NCBI GenBank assembly: GCA_022827785.1
Contig: JAJEIM010000004.1
Coordinates: forward strand, 7,409-71,408
Reading direction: 5' to 3'
From: Acidimicrobiia bacterium
Lineage (GTDB): Bacteria > Actinomycetota > Acidimicrobiia > Spongiisociales > Spongiisociaceae
Length of the DNA: 64,000 nucleotides
Position 1 is the first letter of the stretch, and the number at the start of each line of letters is the position of its first letter. Below the pieces are notes generated by a model. That model saw nothing but the letters and a program-made list of their open reading frames with translations. It was not told where the DNA came from and did no database searches. Positions 48,389 through 58,331 of this stretch are shown in pieces. The position numbers were made by a program, and so were the translations under genes.

Positions 48389-49536
48389 CAGTTCCCTCTC
48401 CGTCCGGTCAGGGTCATGGCGACCGTAATAGCGGCGGGACAAGCGCCGAAAGCGGTGACCGCTATCCGGGCCGCGTCAGCACCCACGGCATCGACCAGCA
48501 GGCCGGTGATCGCCGATCCGGCTGCGATGCCGACACCGGCCGCTGCGGCGATCCACGAGAATGCCTCGGTTCGCCGCTCGGGCGGGGTGGTGGCGACAGC
48601 CAGCGAATTGACCTGGATCAGGTTCGGTGACGTTCCCAGGCCCGCGATCATCGCCGTAGCTGTGAACCACACTATGCCGTCACCGAGGCCGTACGGGAGC
48701 AGCACCGCGAGGAGCCACGCTGTTGCCTTGCGGTGCTGGGACATGAGGTCGCCGGGTCCGATGCGGCCTATGAACAGCGCGGCCACGAAGCTGGCCCCGG
48801 CATTGAGGGGGAAGATCACCGCTGACCAGGCGGGATATCCGAGTTCGGCGGTGTAGGCGACGACCGTGACGGTGACGCCGCCCAGCACCATCCCGAGACC
48901 GCCCACAGAACCGAGTACGGCGAGGTGGGTTGCCTTTATCCACTTAGCGGCCCTGAATCCCTTAGTCCTGCGGTCGGACGGTTCTCCGGGTAGTGATGTC
49001 ACCCCGAACGTGCCGACGGCTGCCAGCACAGTGGCGACCACCAGGGACGCCGAAGCCGTCACCCAGGCGGCCAAGACCGATACCGCCGAGGGACCGACGA
49101 TGAAGTTGATCTCATCGCTCGCCGACTCCAGGGCCTGCCATCGCCGCATGTCGGAAGCCTCGGCCATGCGGGTCCAGCGGACCCGGGTCAGAGCGCCGAT
49201 GTTGGGTGCCGTCAGCCCCGCAGCGACGGCCACCAGCACGATTGTCCACGGCGCCGCCACCGCCCTGATCGCCACCAGCAGGGCCACGCTGCAACCTACG
49301 AACGCCGCCAGCAGGGCCCGCGCCGCGAGACGCTGGCCGTAGCGGTCCACCAGCCGCCCGCCTATGGGTTTCGCCACTGCTCCCGCGAGGCTGAAGCCCG
49401 CCGAGGCCGAGCCCGCCAACCCGTACGATCCCGTGATCGCCTCCACTGCGAACACCAGTCCGACCGGGTACATGGAGTTGGGAAACCGGCCGGCCAGTCC
49501 GAACCACAGCAGGGGCCGGGCCCCGGGTATGCGCAT
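48388..49536 (-). CDS. MFS transporter
   Basis: GRLVDRYGQR motif; multiple transmembrane segments; stop overlaps the hydrolase start. Confidence 0.82.
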   Translation of the reverse strand: MRIPGARPLLWFGLAGRFPNSMYPVGLVFAVEAITGSYGLAGSASAGFSLAGAVAKPIGGRLVDRYGQRLAARALLAAFVGCSVALLVAIRAVAAPWTIVLVAVAAGLTAPNIGALTRVRWTRMAEASDMRRWQALESASDEINFIVGPSAVSVLAAWVTASASLVVATVLAAVGTFGVTSLPGEPSDRRTKGFRAAKWIKATHLAVLGSVGGLGMVLGGVTVTVVAYTAELGYPAWSAVIFPLNAGASFVAALFIGRIGPGDLMSQHRKATAWLLAVLLPYGLGDGIVWFTATAMIAGLGTSPNLIQVNSLAVATTPPERRTEAFSWIAAAAGVGIAAGSAITGLLVDAVGADAARIAVTAFGACPAAITVAMTLTGRRGN

Positions 49537-49580
49537 GATGGCGCGATAGCCACCTGGGCCGGCGCGCCGGAGCAGCCAGG

Positions 49581-50579
49581 TCAGTACATCACCGTCCTGG
49601 TCAAGTGGTGCGGACGGAAGGTCGCGTGGTACTTCGACCAGAGGCGGAAGTCGACCTGCGGGATCACGACCTGGAGATCCGCGGGTCTGAGGGCGTTGAT
49701 GGCGTCCGTCAACAGGGCGGTGGCGTACAGGGTGTGGGCCCGGATCTCGATCTCCTCATCGCTGTCACGCTCGATCATGACGCCCTCGGCGATGCGGTTT
49801 GACAACTCGGGGGTGTACTCGAAGATCCCCATCACCTCCAAGGCCACCGGAACGATGTAGTCGGCGAAGGCGGTCATCATCGACAGATCCCGGAGACTCC
49901 ATTCGCCGGAGGCGTGCAGCGCCATGTGCAGGGTCCATAGACCCAGTTGGGCGAGCTTGTGGATGTGAACGTCCGCTCCGTGGTAGGTGCTCGTGTCATC
50001 GAACCGGGGAAACTCGGCTATGAGCCGTTCCATGAGCCCGTCGCCTTCCGCATACATCGCCGGGGCGCAGGTGCGGACGAAACGGTGGAACCGGCCCTCG
50101 TAACGATCCACCAGAACCGCCCCGGCTTCGTTGAGGATCTCGCTGCGCTCGTCGAGCATCGGCATCTCGATGTTGCCGCGGAAGATGCCGTCGAGGTCGG
50201 ACCTCGTGACCGAGGCCAGGTACTCGCCGTCGAGCAGCGGGACGCCGTTCGAGAGGGCCTGATGGAGGCAGGCGAACATTCCGAGGCTGTCCGACCAGGT
50301 CTGCCCCTTGTAATCGGCCTCGAACTTGCGCCCGGTGTCGAAGTCGGTGAAGGCGAAGTTCAGGGTGCCCACCAGCATGGTGACATCGATGATGTCATCA
50401 GGATTCGGGCCCACGTCAAACTCACCCACCGCACCACCACGAGGGAAAGCGAACTCCTCGTAGGCCATCCAGCCGGCAACCCGGTCCACCGCGTCCGGCG
50501 ACGTCCGGACGTGGCGGGACCTTTCCACGACGCCCAGTACCGACCGGAGAACCGGGCCATCCCAGTATGTAGTGCTCAT
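49581..50579 (-). CDS. qng1: Queuosine salvage protein, Qng1/DUF2419 (Q_salvage) family
   Basis: LNFAF, PMLDER, FPRFDD, KLAQL, TAFADYIVP, EEIEIRA, D..LW and terminal HHLTRTVMY match the DUF2419 motif series. Confidence 0.85.
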   Translation of the reverse strand: MSTTYWDGPVLRSVLGVVERSRHVRTSPDAVDRVAGWMAYEEFAFPRGGAVGEFDVGPNPDDIIDVTMLVGTLNFAFTDFDTGRKFEADYKGQTWSDSLGMFACLHQALSNGVPLLDGEYLASVTRSDLDGIFRGNIEMPMLDERSEILNEAGAVLVDRYEGRFHRFVRTCAPAMYAEGDGLMERLIAEFPRFDDTSTYHGADVHIHKLAQLGLWTLHMALHASGEWSLRDLSMMTAFADYIVPVALEVMGIFEYTPELSNRIAEGVMIERDSDEEIEIRAHTLYATALLTDAINALRPADLQVVIPQVDFRLWSKYHATFRPHHLTRTVMY

Positions 50580-50609
50580 CGTGCCCCTCTCAAGGTGGAT
50601 GGATAGCTG

Positions 50610-51842
50610 CTAATTGGCTTCGCTGCGCCGGTAGGGAACGCCGATTCCCTGCGGCGGGCGGATCCTCTGGTGCGCCAGGGACAGGACGAGCAGCGTGGTC
50701 AGGTGCGGAGCGAAGCCGACGAACTCCGACGGGACGACTCCGAAGCCGAGGAACCACCAGCCCAGACCCACCGCGGCGATCGCATACGCGAAGGTCGCGC
50801 CGCGATTGCGGGTGCGAATGGCCCGGACGGTAAGGAAGGCGAACACCACCGCCCCGACGATCAGCAAGGCCGTCATCGTGGTCTCCTGGCGGGTCCGGAG
50901 CGCGTCGGTGAACCCGAAGAGAAGTGCTCCGATGGTGAGGCGACCCGGCATCCAGTTCCCGAAGATGACCGTGGCCAGACCGATGAACCCGCGTCCTGCC
51001 ACCTGCCCTTCTCGGTAGATCGAGGAGGCCACCGTCACCAGGAACGCCCCGCCGAGACCTGCCAGGGCGCCCGACACCGTGAGCGCCGCGTAGCGCATCC
51101 GGTTCGGGTTCACTCCGAGAGAGTCCGCTGCCGCCGGGTTCTCGCCGCAGGCCCGCAGCCGCAGCCCGAAGCTGGTCCGGAAGAGGACCCACCACGAAAG
51201 GAACACCAGTACGGCCGCCAGCAGGGTCAGCAGCGACACGCCGGTCGTCATACCGATTGCGATCTCGGCGAGGTCCGAGATCACCGGGGTCTCCAGCTCC
51301 GCGATCGGATCGAGCACTTCGGCGAGACCGGGGACCGACACGTTTGCGATCTGGCCGACATGCGGAGACTGGCTGATCCCTCCTCCGGGCTGGCCTTCGA
51401 AGAAGATCGACGACAGGAAACGGCCCAATCCGAGGGCGGCGACGTTGATGGCGATACCCGAGACGGCCTGATCCACGCCGAACGAGACCGTCATCAGGGC
51501 ATGGAAGGCGCCGAACACCGCTCCCCCCGCGATCGCAGCAAGCACTCCGACCCAGGGAGACCACTGGAACCCTGCCCAGGCGCCCATCCAGGTTCCGATG
51601 ATCATCATGCCCTCGAGTCCGATGTTGATGACGCCGCAGCGCTCCGCCCACAACCCTCCGAGCCCGGCCAGGACGATCGGAACCGCGAACCGGAGCGAAG
51701 CGCTCACGGCGCCGCGTGACAGCAGGTCCGGGGTGTTCGCGATGTCGGCGACCGCCGACAGCAACAGGAGCGCCATGACCGCTCGCACCCACCATCGGCT
51801 CCAGATCGAGCGCGAAGTCCTGGGCTCACGGAGGGTTTTCAC
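50610..51842 (-). CDS. Nucleoside/sugar (CUT2) ABC permease
   Basis: ERCGVINIGLEG, GLRLRACGENP and GRGFIGLA motifs. Confidence 0.9.
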   Translation of the reverse strand: MKTLREPRTSRSIWSRWWVRAVMALLLLSAVADIANTPDLLSRGAVSASLRFAVPIVLAGLGGLWAERCGVINIGLEGMMIIGTWMGAWAGFQWSPWVGVLAAIAGGAVFGAFHALMTVSFGVDQAVSGIAINVAALGLGRFLSSIFFEGQPGGGISQSPHVGQIANVSVPGLAEVLDPIAELETPVISDLAEIAIGMTTGVSLLTLLAAVLVFLSWWVLFRTSFGLRLRACGENPAAADSLGVNPNRMRYAALTVSGALAGLGGAFLVTVASSIYREGQVAGRGFIGLATVIFGNWMPGRLTIGALLFGFTDALRTRQETTMTALLIVGAVVFAFLTVRAIRTRNRGATFAYAIAAVGLGWWFLGFGVVPSEFVGFAPHLTTLLVLSLAHQRIRPPQGIGVPYRRSEAN

Positions 51843-52939
51843 GCGGCTGCTCCGTTGTCGATGCCTTCGTGCTCGCTCCGGCCGACCAGTTTCTGTTGAC
51901 GGCGCACGTTGACCCTGCGGACGACCTCATAGGCCACCACCACGCTCAACACGATCGTGGCCTGCATGATGGTCACTATCTCGCGCGACACGCCGAGCAG
52001 GTCGAGAATCTGGGACGACCGTTCCAGCCATGCCCACAGAAGGGCGCCGAACGCAACGCCCAAGGGATGGTTCCGGCCGAGGATCGCTATGGCGAGGCCG
52101 GTGAATCCGAAGCCTGCCGGGAAGTCGAGGCCGTACTGGTGAGACGACCCCAGGAGTTGCGGTATCCCGACCAGACCGGCCATCCCTCCGGACATGACCA
52201 TCGTGACGAAGATCATGCGCTTGGAGTTGACGCCGCTCACCGCCGCGGCCCGGAGCGAGAGGCCGCTGGCGCGCAGTTCGAAGCCGAAGCGGGTCCGGTT
52301 GAGAAGGATCCAGAAGGCGATCCCGAGCGCCACCGCCACGAGCGTGAAGCCGAACACCTCCTTGCCCGCCACACCGAAACCGGGGAACCATCCGGAGGAC
52401 GGTATCGGCGGGGTCCGGATGTTGTTGCTGCCGGCTACCCGCTCGGCCAGCCTCCCCGGAGCGAGCAGGTAGGCGATGATCCCGGTGGCCACCGCATTGA
52501 GCATGATGGTGCTGATGACCTCCGAGACCCCGCGGGTCACCTTGATGTAACCGGCGAGGGCCGCCCATCCGGCCCCGACCGCCATGGCGACCACGACGAT
52601 CAGTGTGACGTGGAGTACCGGCGGCAACGACACCGACGCCCCGACCACCGCGGCGAAGAACACCGCCAGCCGGTACTGCCCGTCGATGCCGATGTTGAAG
52701 AGCAGCATCCGGAACCCGATCGCACCGGCGATTCCTGCCAGGTAGAACGTGGTGGCCTTGTTGAGTACGGCCACCAGGCTGGCCGGAGTCGTCCCGAAGG
52801 CCACGACCTCGCCGAGAACGCTCCCGGCGTCGGCGCCGGTGAAGTGGAGGATGGCGGCTGCGAGCAGGGCGGCGAAGACTATGGCGACCACCGGCGCGAT
52901 CAACTGGAGCAGGAGGCGTTCGATGCGGGTTTCGATCAC
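51839..52939 (-). CDS. Nucleoside/sugar (CUT2) ABC permease
   Basis: LFNIGIDGQ, EVISTIMLN and GFTGLAIAILG motifs. Confidence 0.9.
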   Translation of the reverse strand: MIETRIERLLLQLIAPVVAIVFAALLAAAILHFTGADAGSVLGEVVAFGTTPASLVAVLNKATTFYLAGIAGAIGFRMLLFNIGIDGQYRLAVFFAAVVGASVSLPPVLHVTLIVVVAMAVGAGWAALAGYIKVTRGVSEVISTIMLNAVATGIIAYLLAPGRLAERVAGSNNIRTPPIPSSGWFPGFGVAGKEVFGFTLVAVALGIAFWILLNRTRFGFELRASGLSLRAAAVSGVNSKRMIFVTMVMSGGMAGLVGIPQLLGSSHQYGLDFPAGFGFTGLAIAILGRNHPLGVAFGALLWAWLERSSQILDLLGVSREIVTIMQATIVLSVVVAYEVVRRVNVRRQQKLVGRSEHEGIDNGAAA

Positions 52940-54453
52940 GCGGCATCGGCTCCGGTCATGGCCGCGCCCAGATCCTCGGGACCGATGGCGGCCGGATCGA
53001 ACTCCCCCACCAGCCGGCCGCGCAGGATCACGAGGATCCGGTCTGAGATGCCGATCAACTCCTCGAGGTCCGCTGAGACCAGCAGCACCGCCACCCCTGC
53101 CCGCCTGACTGCCGACAACCGCGTCCAGATCGCAGCCTGGGCGCCCACGTCCACCCCGCGGGTCGGATGGGCCGCGATGAGGACACGCGGATCCCCGGCC
53201 ATCTCACGACCGACGATCAGCTTCTGCTGGTTTCCGCCGGAGAGAGCCGAGGCCAGCACCTCGATGCTGGGGGTGCGCACGTCCGAGTCGGCGACGATTC
53301 GCTCCGTGTCCTCGCGAGCCGCCTTGCGATCGATCCACACCCCCCGGTTTATCGGCGGATGCATCTGGTGGCCGAGGATGCGGTTCTCCCACAGGGCCGC
53401 GTCCAGCAACAGGGCCTCACGATGGCGATCCTGGGGGATGTAGGCGAGCCCCAGGCGACGCCGGACGCTGGTGGCCGCCTCGGTGACGTCCTCCTCGCCG
53501 AACAGAACCTGGCCGGATACGGGATCGGTCAGCCCGAGAATGGTCTCGATCAGCTCGGCCTGGCCGTTTCCCTCCACTCCGGCGATACCTACGATCTCGC
53601 CGGAGCGGACGGTGAGGTCGATGTCCGAGAGGCTGGTCTCGTGCCCGCGGCCCCGGGTCGACACGGACCGGAGCCTCAGCCCGACCTCGGGCCGCACCTC
53701 CACGGTCCTCGGCTCGGGTGTCGGAAGCTCGCTCCCGACCATGAGCTGCGCCAACTCCCTGGACGTTATCTCGGCCGGTCTGGTGTGGGCCACGGTGCGC
53801 GCGTTCCGCATCACCGTGATCTCATCGGCGACCGCCAGCACCTCGTCGAGCTTGTGGGAGATGAAGATCACGGTCAGGCCGTCGCCGGTCAGCCTTCGCA
53901 GGTTCTTGAGCAGCTCGTCGACTTCTTGGGGAACCAGCACCGACGTGGGCTCGTCCAGGATCAGCACCCGCGCGCCGCGGTAGAGGACCTTGATGATCTC
54001 GACCCGTTGCCGGTTCCCGACGGACAGGTCGGCCACCAGGGCCTCCGGCTCGATGGGGATCCGGTAGTGATCCCCCAACTCCACGATCCGGGCCCGGGCG
54101 GCCTCGAAATCGATCCTGCCGACGCGTCCGGTCGGCTCGTCGCCCAGGATCACGTTCTCGAGAACGGTCAGGTTGTCGGCCAGCTTGAAGTGCTGGTGCA
54201 CCATTCCGATCCCCGCGGCGATGGCATCGGCCGGCGACGACATCGGGATGGTCGCGCCCTCGACGAGGATCTCTCCCTCGTCGGGCACGACCATCCCGTA
54301 CAGAATGTTCATCAGGGTCGATTTGCCCGCCCCGTTCTCACCGATCACCGCGTGCGCGGTACCGGACTCGACACGGAGGTTCACGTCCCGGTTGGCTACC
54401 ACCCCCGGGTATCTCTTGGTGATCCCCCGCAGCTCGATGGCCGGGGCGGGCAT
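52936..54453 (-). CDS. Tandem-domain ABC ATPase (nucleoside importer type)
   Basis: GENGAGKST, VHQHF, LDEPT, LSGGNQQK and PTRGVD motifs. Confidence 0.93.
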   Translation of the reverse strand: MPAPAIELRGITKRYPGVVANRDVNLRVESGTAHAVIGENGAGKSTLMNILYGMVVPDEGEILVEGATIPMSSPADAIAAGIGMVHQHFKLADNLTVLENVILGDEPTGRVGRIDFEAARARIVELGDHYRIPIEPEALVADLSVGNRQRVEIIKVLYRGARVLILDEPTSVLVPQEVDELLKNLRRLTGDGLTVIFISHKLDEVLAVADEITVMRNARTVAHTRPAEITSRELAQLMVGSELPTPEPRTVEVRPEVGLRLRSVSTRGRGHETSLSDIDLTVRSGEIVGIAGVEGNGQAELIETILGLTDPVSGQVLFGEEDVTEAATSVRRRLGLAYIPQDRHREALLLDAALWENRILGHQMHPPINRGVWIDRKAAREDTERIVADSDVRTPSIEVLASALSGGNQQKLIVGREMAGDPRVLIAAHPTRGVDVGAQAAIWTRLSAVRRAGVAVLLVSADLEELIGISDRILVILRGRLVGEFDPAAIGPEDLGAAMTGADAA

Positions 54454-54459
54454 CGACTC

Positions 54460-55542
54460 TTAACTTGTCGAGGAGGGAACCGCGATCTCGCCGGAGATGA
54501 TCTGTTCCGCGTAGGCGTCGACCTCGCCGACGATGTGGTCGATCAGGCCGCCCGAAGTCGAGTACCCGACACCTCCGGCTTCGAGATCGAACACGTTCAC
54601 GCCTGCCTGGACGGACCCGTCGACGACCTGGGTCGTGAAGGTATGGGTAGCCACGTTCACATTCTTCAGCATCGAGGTCATGATGACATCGCGTACCTCG
54701 GGGGCAGCCGTGTAGTACTGGTCGGCATCCACACCGATCGCCAGGTATCCGCCTTCTGTGGCGGCCTCGAAGAGCCCGCCGCCGGATCCGCCTGCCGCCG
54801 CGTACACGATGTCGGCGCCTGCGTCGAACATCCCCTTGGCGGCTTCCTTGCCCTTGGCCGGATCGTTGAATCCGGAGAAGTCCGGGGGCTGACTCAGGTA
54901 GGTCGAGGTGATCTCGATGTCGGGGTTGACGGTCTTCGCTCCGGCGATGTAGCCGGCTTCGAACTTCACGATGAGCGGAACGTTCACGCCACCGATGAAT
55001 CCCACATGGCCGGTCTCGCTCTCGAGCGCGGCCACCACCCCGACGAGGAAGGAACCCTCCTCCTCGGCGAACACCAGGCCCGCCACGTTGGGAGCCTCGA
55101 CCGTGCCGTCGTCGACGATGCCGAACCACACGTCAGGGTATTCGGCCGCCACTTCGGCAACCGGTCCCGCGTACGTGAACCCGACGGCGATGATCGGATT
55201 GTGACCCGAATCAGCCAGCAGCCTCAGACGGTCGGAACGATCCTGATCGGTGTCCTCCGCCTTCGCGGTGACCTCGGTCAGTTCGAGTCCCAGCTCTGCG
55301 GCGGCCTGCTCGGCCCCGTTGTAGGCGAGATCGTTGAATCCCCCGTCACCTCGACCTGCCAGGTCGTAGGCGACAGCGACCTTGAAATCTGGCGTCGGCG
55401 CTTCCGTGGTCGTCGGCGCGGCCGTCGTGGCCGGGGCGGCGGTCGTGGTGGTGGGGTCTGCCGACTCTCCGCCACACGCCGTAACCGCTGCCAGGGCAAG
55501 GACCGCTGACAGGACCAGGAGAATTGTGCGTTGTCTTGGCAT
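54460..55542 (-). CDS. BMP/PnrA-family nucleoside-binding lipoprotein
   Basis: Lipobox VTAC; DGGFN, GF, F.EEEGSFL, AAGGSG, IGVDADQ and SMLK motifs. Confidence 0.92.
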   Translation of the reverse strand: MPRQRTILLVLSAVLALAAVTACGGESADPTTTTAAPATTAAPTTTEAPTPDFKVAVAYDLAGRGDGGFNDLAYNGAEQAAAELGLELTEVTAKAEDTDQDRSDRLRLLADSGHNPIIAVGFTYAGPVAEVAAEYPDVWFGIVDDGTVEAPNVAGLVFAEEEGSFLVGVVAALESETGHVGFIGGVNVPLIVKFEAGYIAGAKTVNPDIEITSTYLSQPPDFSGFNDPAKGKEAAKGMFDAGADIVYAAAGGSGGGLFEAATEGGYLAIGVDADQYYTAAPEVRDVIMTSMLKNVNVATHTFTTQVVDGSVQAGVNVFDLEAGGVGYSTSGGLIDHIVGEVDAYAEQIISGEIAVPSSTS

Positions 55543-55590
55543 TCTCTGCCTCCCTTTCTCGTTCGTTGCTTGTCAGATGTCAGATGCAGT

Positions 55591-55621
55591 GCCGATCCGG
55601 ATCCCTAGGGGCCGGATCGGC
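55591..55621. other. GC-rich stem-loop between lacI and the BMP gene
   Basis: GCCGATCCGG...CCGGATCGGC perfect 10-bp inverted repeat. Confidence 0.55.
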
Positions 55622-55643
55622 TGCAGAGGTGTGTATGGGCCGG

Positions 55644-56684
55644 TCAAATTCGCGCCGCCTTGCGCCGGGCACCCATCGGTGTGTTCCTCGGAGGTCCGCA
55701 GGACGCTCTCTCGGTCAGCCGGACGTCGAGCACCACCCGCCTGGAGATGCGGGAGGAGTCGTTGTTCATCCTGGACAGGAGCATCCGCATCGCCAGGGCG
55801 CCCTGCTCCTCCATCGGGCGGTCGATGACGGTCAGGGGCGGATCGAGAATCTCGGAGAACGGATGGTCATCGAACCCGACCACCGAAAGGTCGTCAGGGA
55901 CCCGCACACCGATGTCCTTGATGGCTCTCAAAGCACCGATGGTCATGGTGTTGTTGGCCACGAACACCGCGGTCGGAGGGTCAGGAAGGGCCAGCAACCG
56001 CAGCATCGACTGGTAGCCGCCATGCTCCTTGAAACCCCCCGGCTGCACGAATTCGGGCGGAAGCTCGATGGAGTACGCGGCCAGGGTGTCGCGGTATCCC
56101 TCCAGGCGGAACCGGCCGGGGGTCGAATCCACGGTCCCGGCGATGGTCGCTATCCGCTCGTGCCCGTTCGACAGCAGATGCTCGATGGCGAAACGGGCAC
56201 CTCCGTGATTGTCGATCAGCACCGTGTCGAAACGGCCGGTGGACGGCGCCTCGCGATCGATCAGGACGGTCGGCACTCCGGCATCCGCCAGGCGTTGCGG
56301 GCTGGGGTTGTTCTCGCTGGCGGGCGCGAGCAGCATCCCGTCAACCCTGGTTATCAGGTCCTCGACCACTTCGGCTTCGCGGGCGTCGCTCTCGTCGGTG
56401 TTGGCCAGGAAGATGGTGTGTCCTCCCTGGGCGGTGATGGACTCGGCGCCGCGGACCACCGCCGCGAAGAACGGGTTGGTGATGTCCGGAACCACCAGGG
56501 CGACGGCGCCGGTCTTGCCCGACTTGAGAGACTGCGCGGCCGGACTGGGCCGGTAGCGAAGCCGGGCAACGGCGCGATTGATGCGTTCCGCGGCCCGGAC
56601 GCGGTCGCCTCGCAGGTGGCGCGAGACGGTCGAGACGGAAACGCCCGCCTCCTGGGCCACGTCGGTGATGGTCGGGGGTTTCAA
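55644..56684 (-). CDS. LacI-family transcriptional regulator
   Basis: HTH motif TITDVAQEAGVSVSTVSR; NPFF and SVVGFDD motifs. Confidence 0.95.
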   Translation of the reverse strand: MKPPTITDVAQEAGVSVSTVSRHLRGDRVRAAERINRAVARLRYRPSPAAQSLKSGKTGAVALVVPDITNPFFAAVVRGAESITAQGGHTIFLANTDESDAREAEVVEDLITRVDGMLLAPASENNPSPQRLADAGVPTVLIDREAPSTGRFDTVLIDNHGGARFAIEHLLSNGHERIATIAGTVDSTPGRFRLEGYRDTLAAYSIELPPEFVQPGGFKEHGGYQSMLRLLALPDPPTAVFVANNTMTIGALRAIKDIGVRVPDDLSVVGFDDHPFSEILDPPLTVIDRPMEEQGALAMRMLLSRMNNDSSRISRRVVLDVRLTERASCGPPRNTPMGARRKAARI

Positions 56685-56743
56685 CCCTTCCGGTTCCTCT
56701 CTCGTCTCAGGCGGCCGGAATGCGGTACAGTTGCTTCAGCTCG

Positions 56744-56761
56744 TCTGAAAACGGTTTCAGA
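56744..56761. promoter_or_regulatory. LacI-type operator palindrome between the divergent lacI and rbsK genes
   Basis: TCTGAAAACGGTTTCAGA; central CG with A/T flanks typical of LacI-family sites. Confidence 0.75.
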
Positions 56762-56844
56762 AATTGTATAGCAAGTAAGGTGAGAGCGTCAACCCGGATC
56801 CGGATCCTCTTACGGTTCGGGCAGCCAGACAACGAGGAGACCTG

Positions 56845-57792
56845 ATGTCCACGAGTTCCAGCCCACCGACGGTGGTCGTGGTTGGTTCGACCATGATCGA
56901 CCTGACCGCCTACGCATCGAGGATCCCCAGGTCCGGAGAGACCCTGGTCGGAGAGCGGTTCCAGATGGGCTTCGGGGGCAAGGGCGCCAACCAGGCCGTT
57001 ATGGCCCGGCTGCTCGGTGCCGACGTGGTGATGGTCAACTGCCTGGGCGATGATGCCTACGGGGATATGACGCTTGACAATTTCGCGACTTTCGGGATCG
57101 ACACCACCCATGTGCACCGGGTGCCGGGCGCCAGCGGCGTGGCCCCGATCTGGGTCGAGCCGGATGGAAGCAACCGGATCATCATCATCCCCGGCGCCAA
57201 CCACGATCTGACAGCCGATCAGGCGGCTCGATCGGTCCGGCGGACACCGGACGCGGCGGTCGTGGTGGGCCAGCTCGAGATTCCCCAGGAGGTCACGGCG
57301 GCCGCGTTCGCCGCCGCGAGGGAGGCAGGTGCCATCACCATCCTGAATCCGGCGCCGGCCGCCCTCCTGTCGAACGACATACTCGAGTTGAGCGACTGGT
57401 TGATTCCGAACGAGGTGGAGTTCGAGATGCTGACGGGAGTGCCGCCGGACTCCGACGATGCGCTCACCGGCTTCGCGAGCGAAACCGCCACTCGCCTTGT
57501 GGTCACCCTCGGCGAGGAAGGGGCAGCCCTGGTGTCACCCGAACTCGACCGGGTCATTCGCATCCGCTCGCCCCGGGTGGATCCGGTTGACACGACCGGT
57601 GCCGGCGACGCCTTCGTGGGAGCCTTCATGGTGGGACTCGCATCAGGCCTGGACGAGCGCGATGCGGTCCGGCTCGGTAATGCCTGCGCGGCGGACAGCG
57701 TGACCCGCCCGGGTACCCAGTCCTCCTTCCCGCCTCCGGACCGGAACGCGCAATTCCTGGCCGAGATTCAAGGGTCGCTCAGTAACGCCTGA
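56845..57792 (+). CDS. rbsK: Ribokinase
   Basis: GGKGANQA, QLE, NPAPA, PNEVE and DTTGAGD motifs. Confidence 0.92.
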   Translation: MSTSSSPPTVVVVGSTMIDLTAYASRIPRSGETLVGERFQMGFGGKGANQAVMARLLGADVVMVNCLGDDAYGDMTLDNFATFGIDTTHVHRVPGASGVAPIWVEPDGSNRIIIIPGANHDLTADQAARSVRRTPDAAVVVGQLEIPQEVTAAAFAAAREAGAITILNPAPAALLSNDILELSDWLIPNEVEFEMLTGVPPDSDDALTGFASETATRLVVTLGEEGAALVSPELDRVIRIRSPRVDPVDTTGAGDAFVGAFMVGLASGLDERDAVRLGNACAADSVTRPGTQSSFPPPDRNAQFLAEIQGSLSNA

Positions 57793-57941
57793 TCGGAGCC
57801 GCCCCGATTACGACGTACCGGGGAGCATCGCCGCGACATGCGTGCGTAAGGCTCCTCACCGGCGCGAGCCCTCGCATGTGGAAAGCAAGCCATGCCGGCG
57901 GGGCGGTCCCGGATATGGACCGCCGCATGGCCGATCCCTAC

Positions 57942-58331
57942 CTACCGTCCTCCCCAGCCGGGAATCTCGCCCACCGGGATGGTGATGGTCACACCCGCCC
58001 GAACGGTCCCGGACGGCATCCCGTTCGCTGACCGGATGAGCGCCACCGTATGGCGTACATCATCTCCGGGAGCAGTGTGGGCGCTCGCAATCGACCAGAG
58101 TGTCTCGCCCGCCTTCACCACGTGGGACACCGTCGCGACAGACTCGGGCCCGGCGTCGGCCTGCGGGCCCAGGAGCAGCACCGCCAGGCCCACCACGATG
58201 ACCGGTACCAGGGCCATCCGCAGCATGTTCCGCCGCTGGTCGGGTACAGGTTTCGATCCGGCGGTAATACCGCGCCCGTCGGCTACCGGGTAGTAGGGTT
58301 GGATCGGTTCCAAACATATGTTCGTGTCCAT
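57942..58331 (-). CDS. Membrane-anchored LysM protein, YneA/ChiZ-like SOS division inhibitor candidate
   Basis: Transmembrane helix then LysM (HVVKAGETLWSIA...IRSAN); divergent from lexA with SOS boxes. Confidence 0.8.
   Translation of the reverse strand: MDTNICLEPIQPYYPVADGRGITAGSKPVPDQRRNMLRMALVPVIVVGLAVLLLGPQADAGPESVATVSHVVKAGETLWSIASAHTAPGDDVRHTVALIRSANGMPSGTVRAGVTITIPVGEIPGWGGR

Noticed and set aside
53167..55509. Long antisense or alternate-frame ORFs here and elsewhere (e.g. 777-2540, 26530-28593, 32756-35233, 36340-38331)
   Set aside because: They are shadow ORFs of well-supported genes, expected in high-GC DNA, and carry no recognisable motifs.
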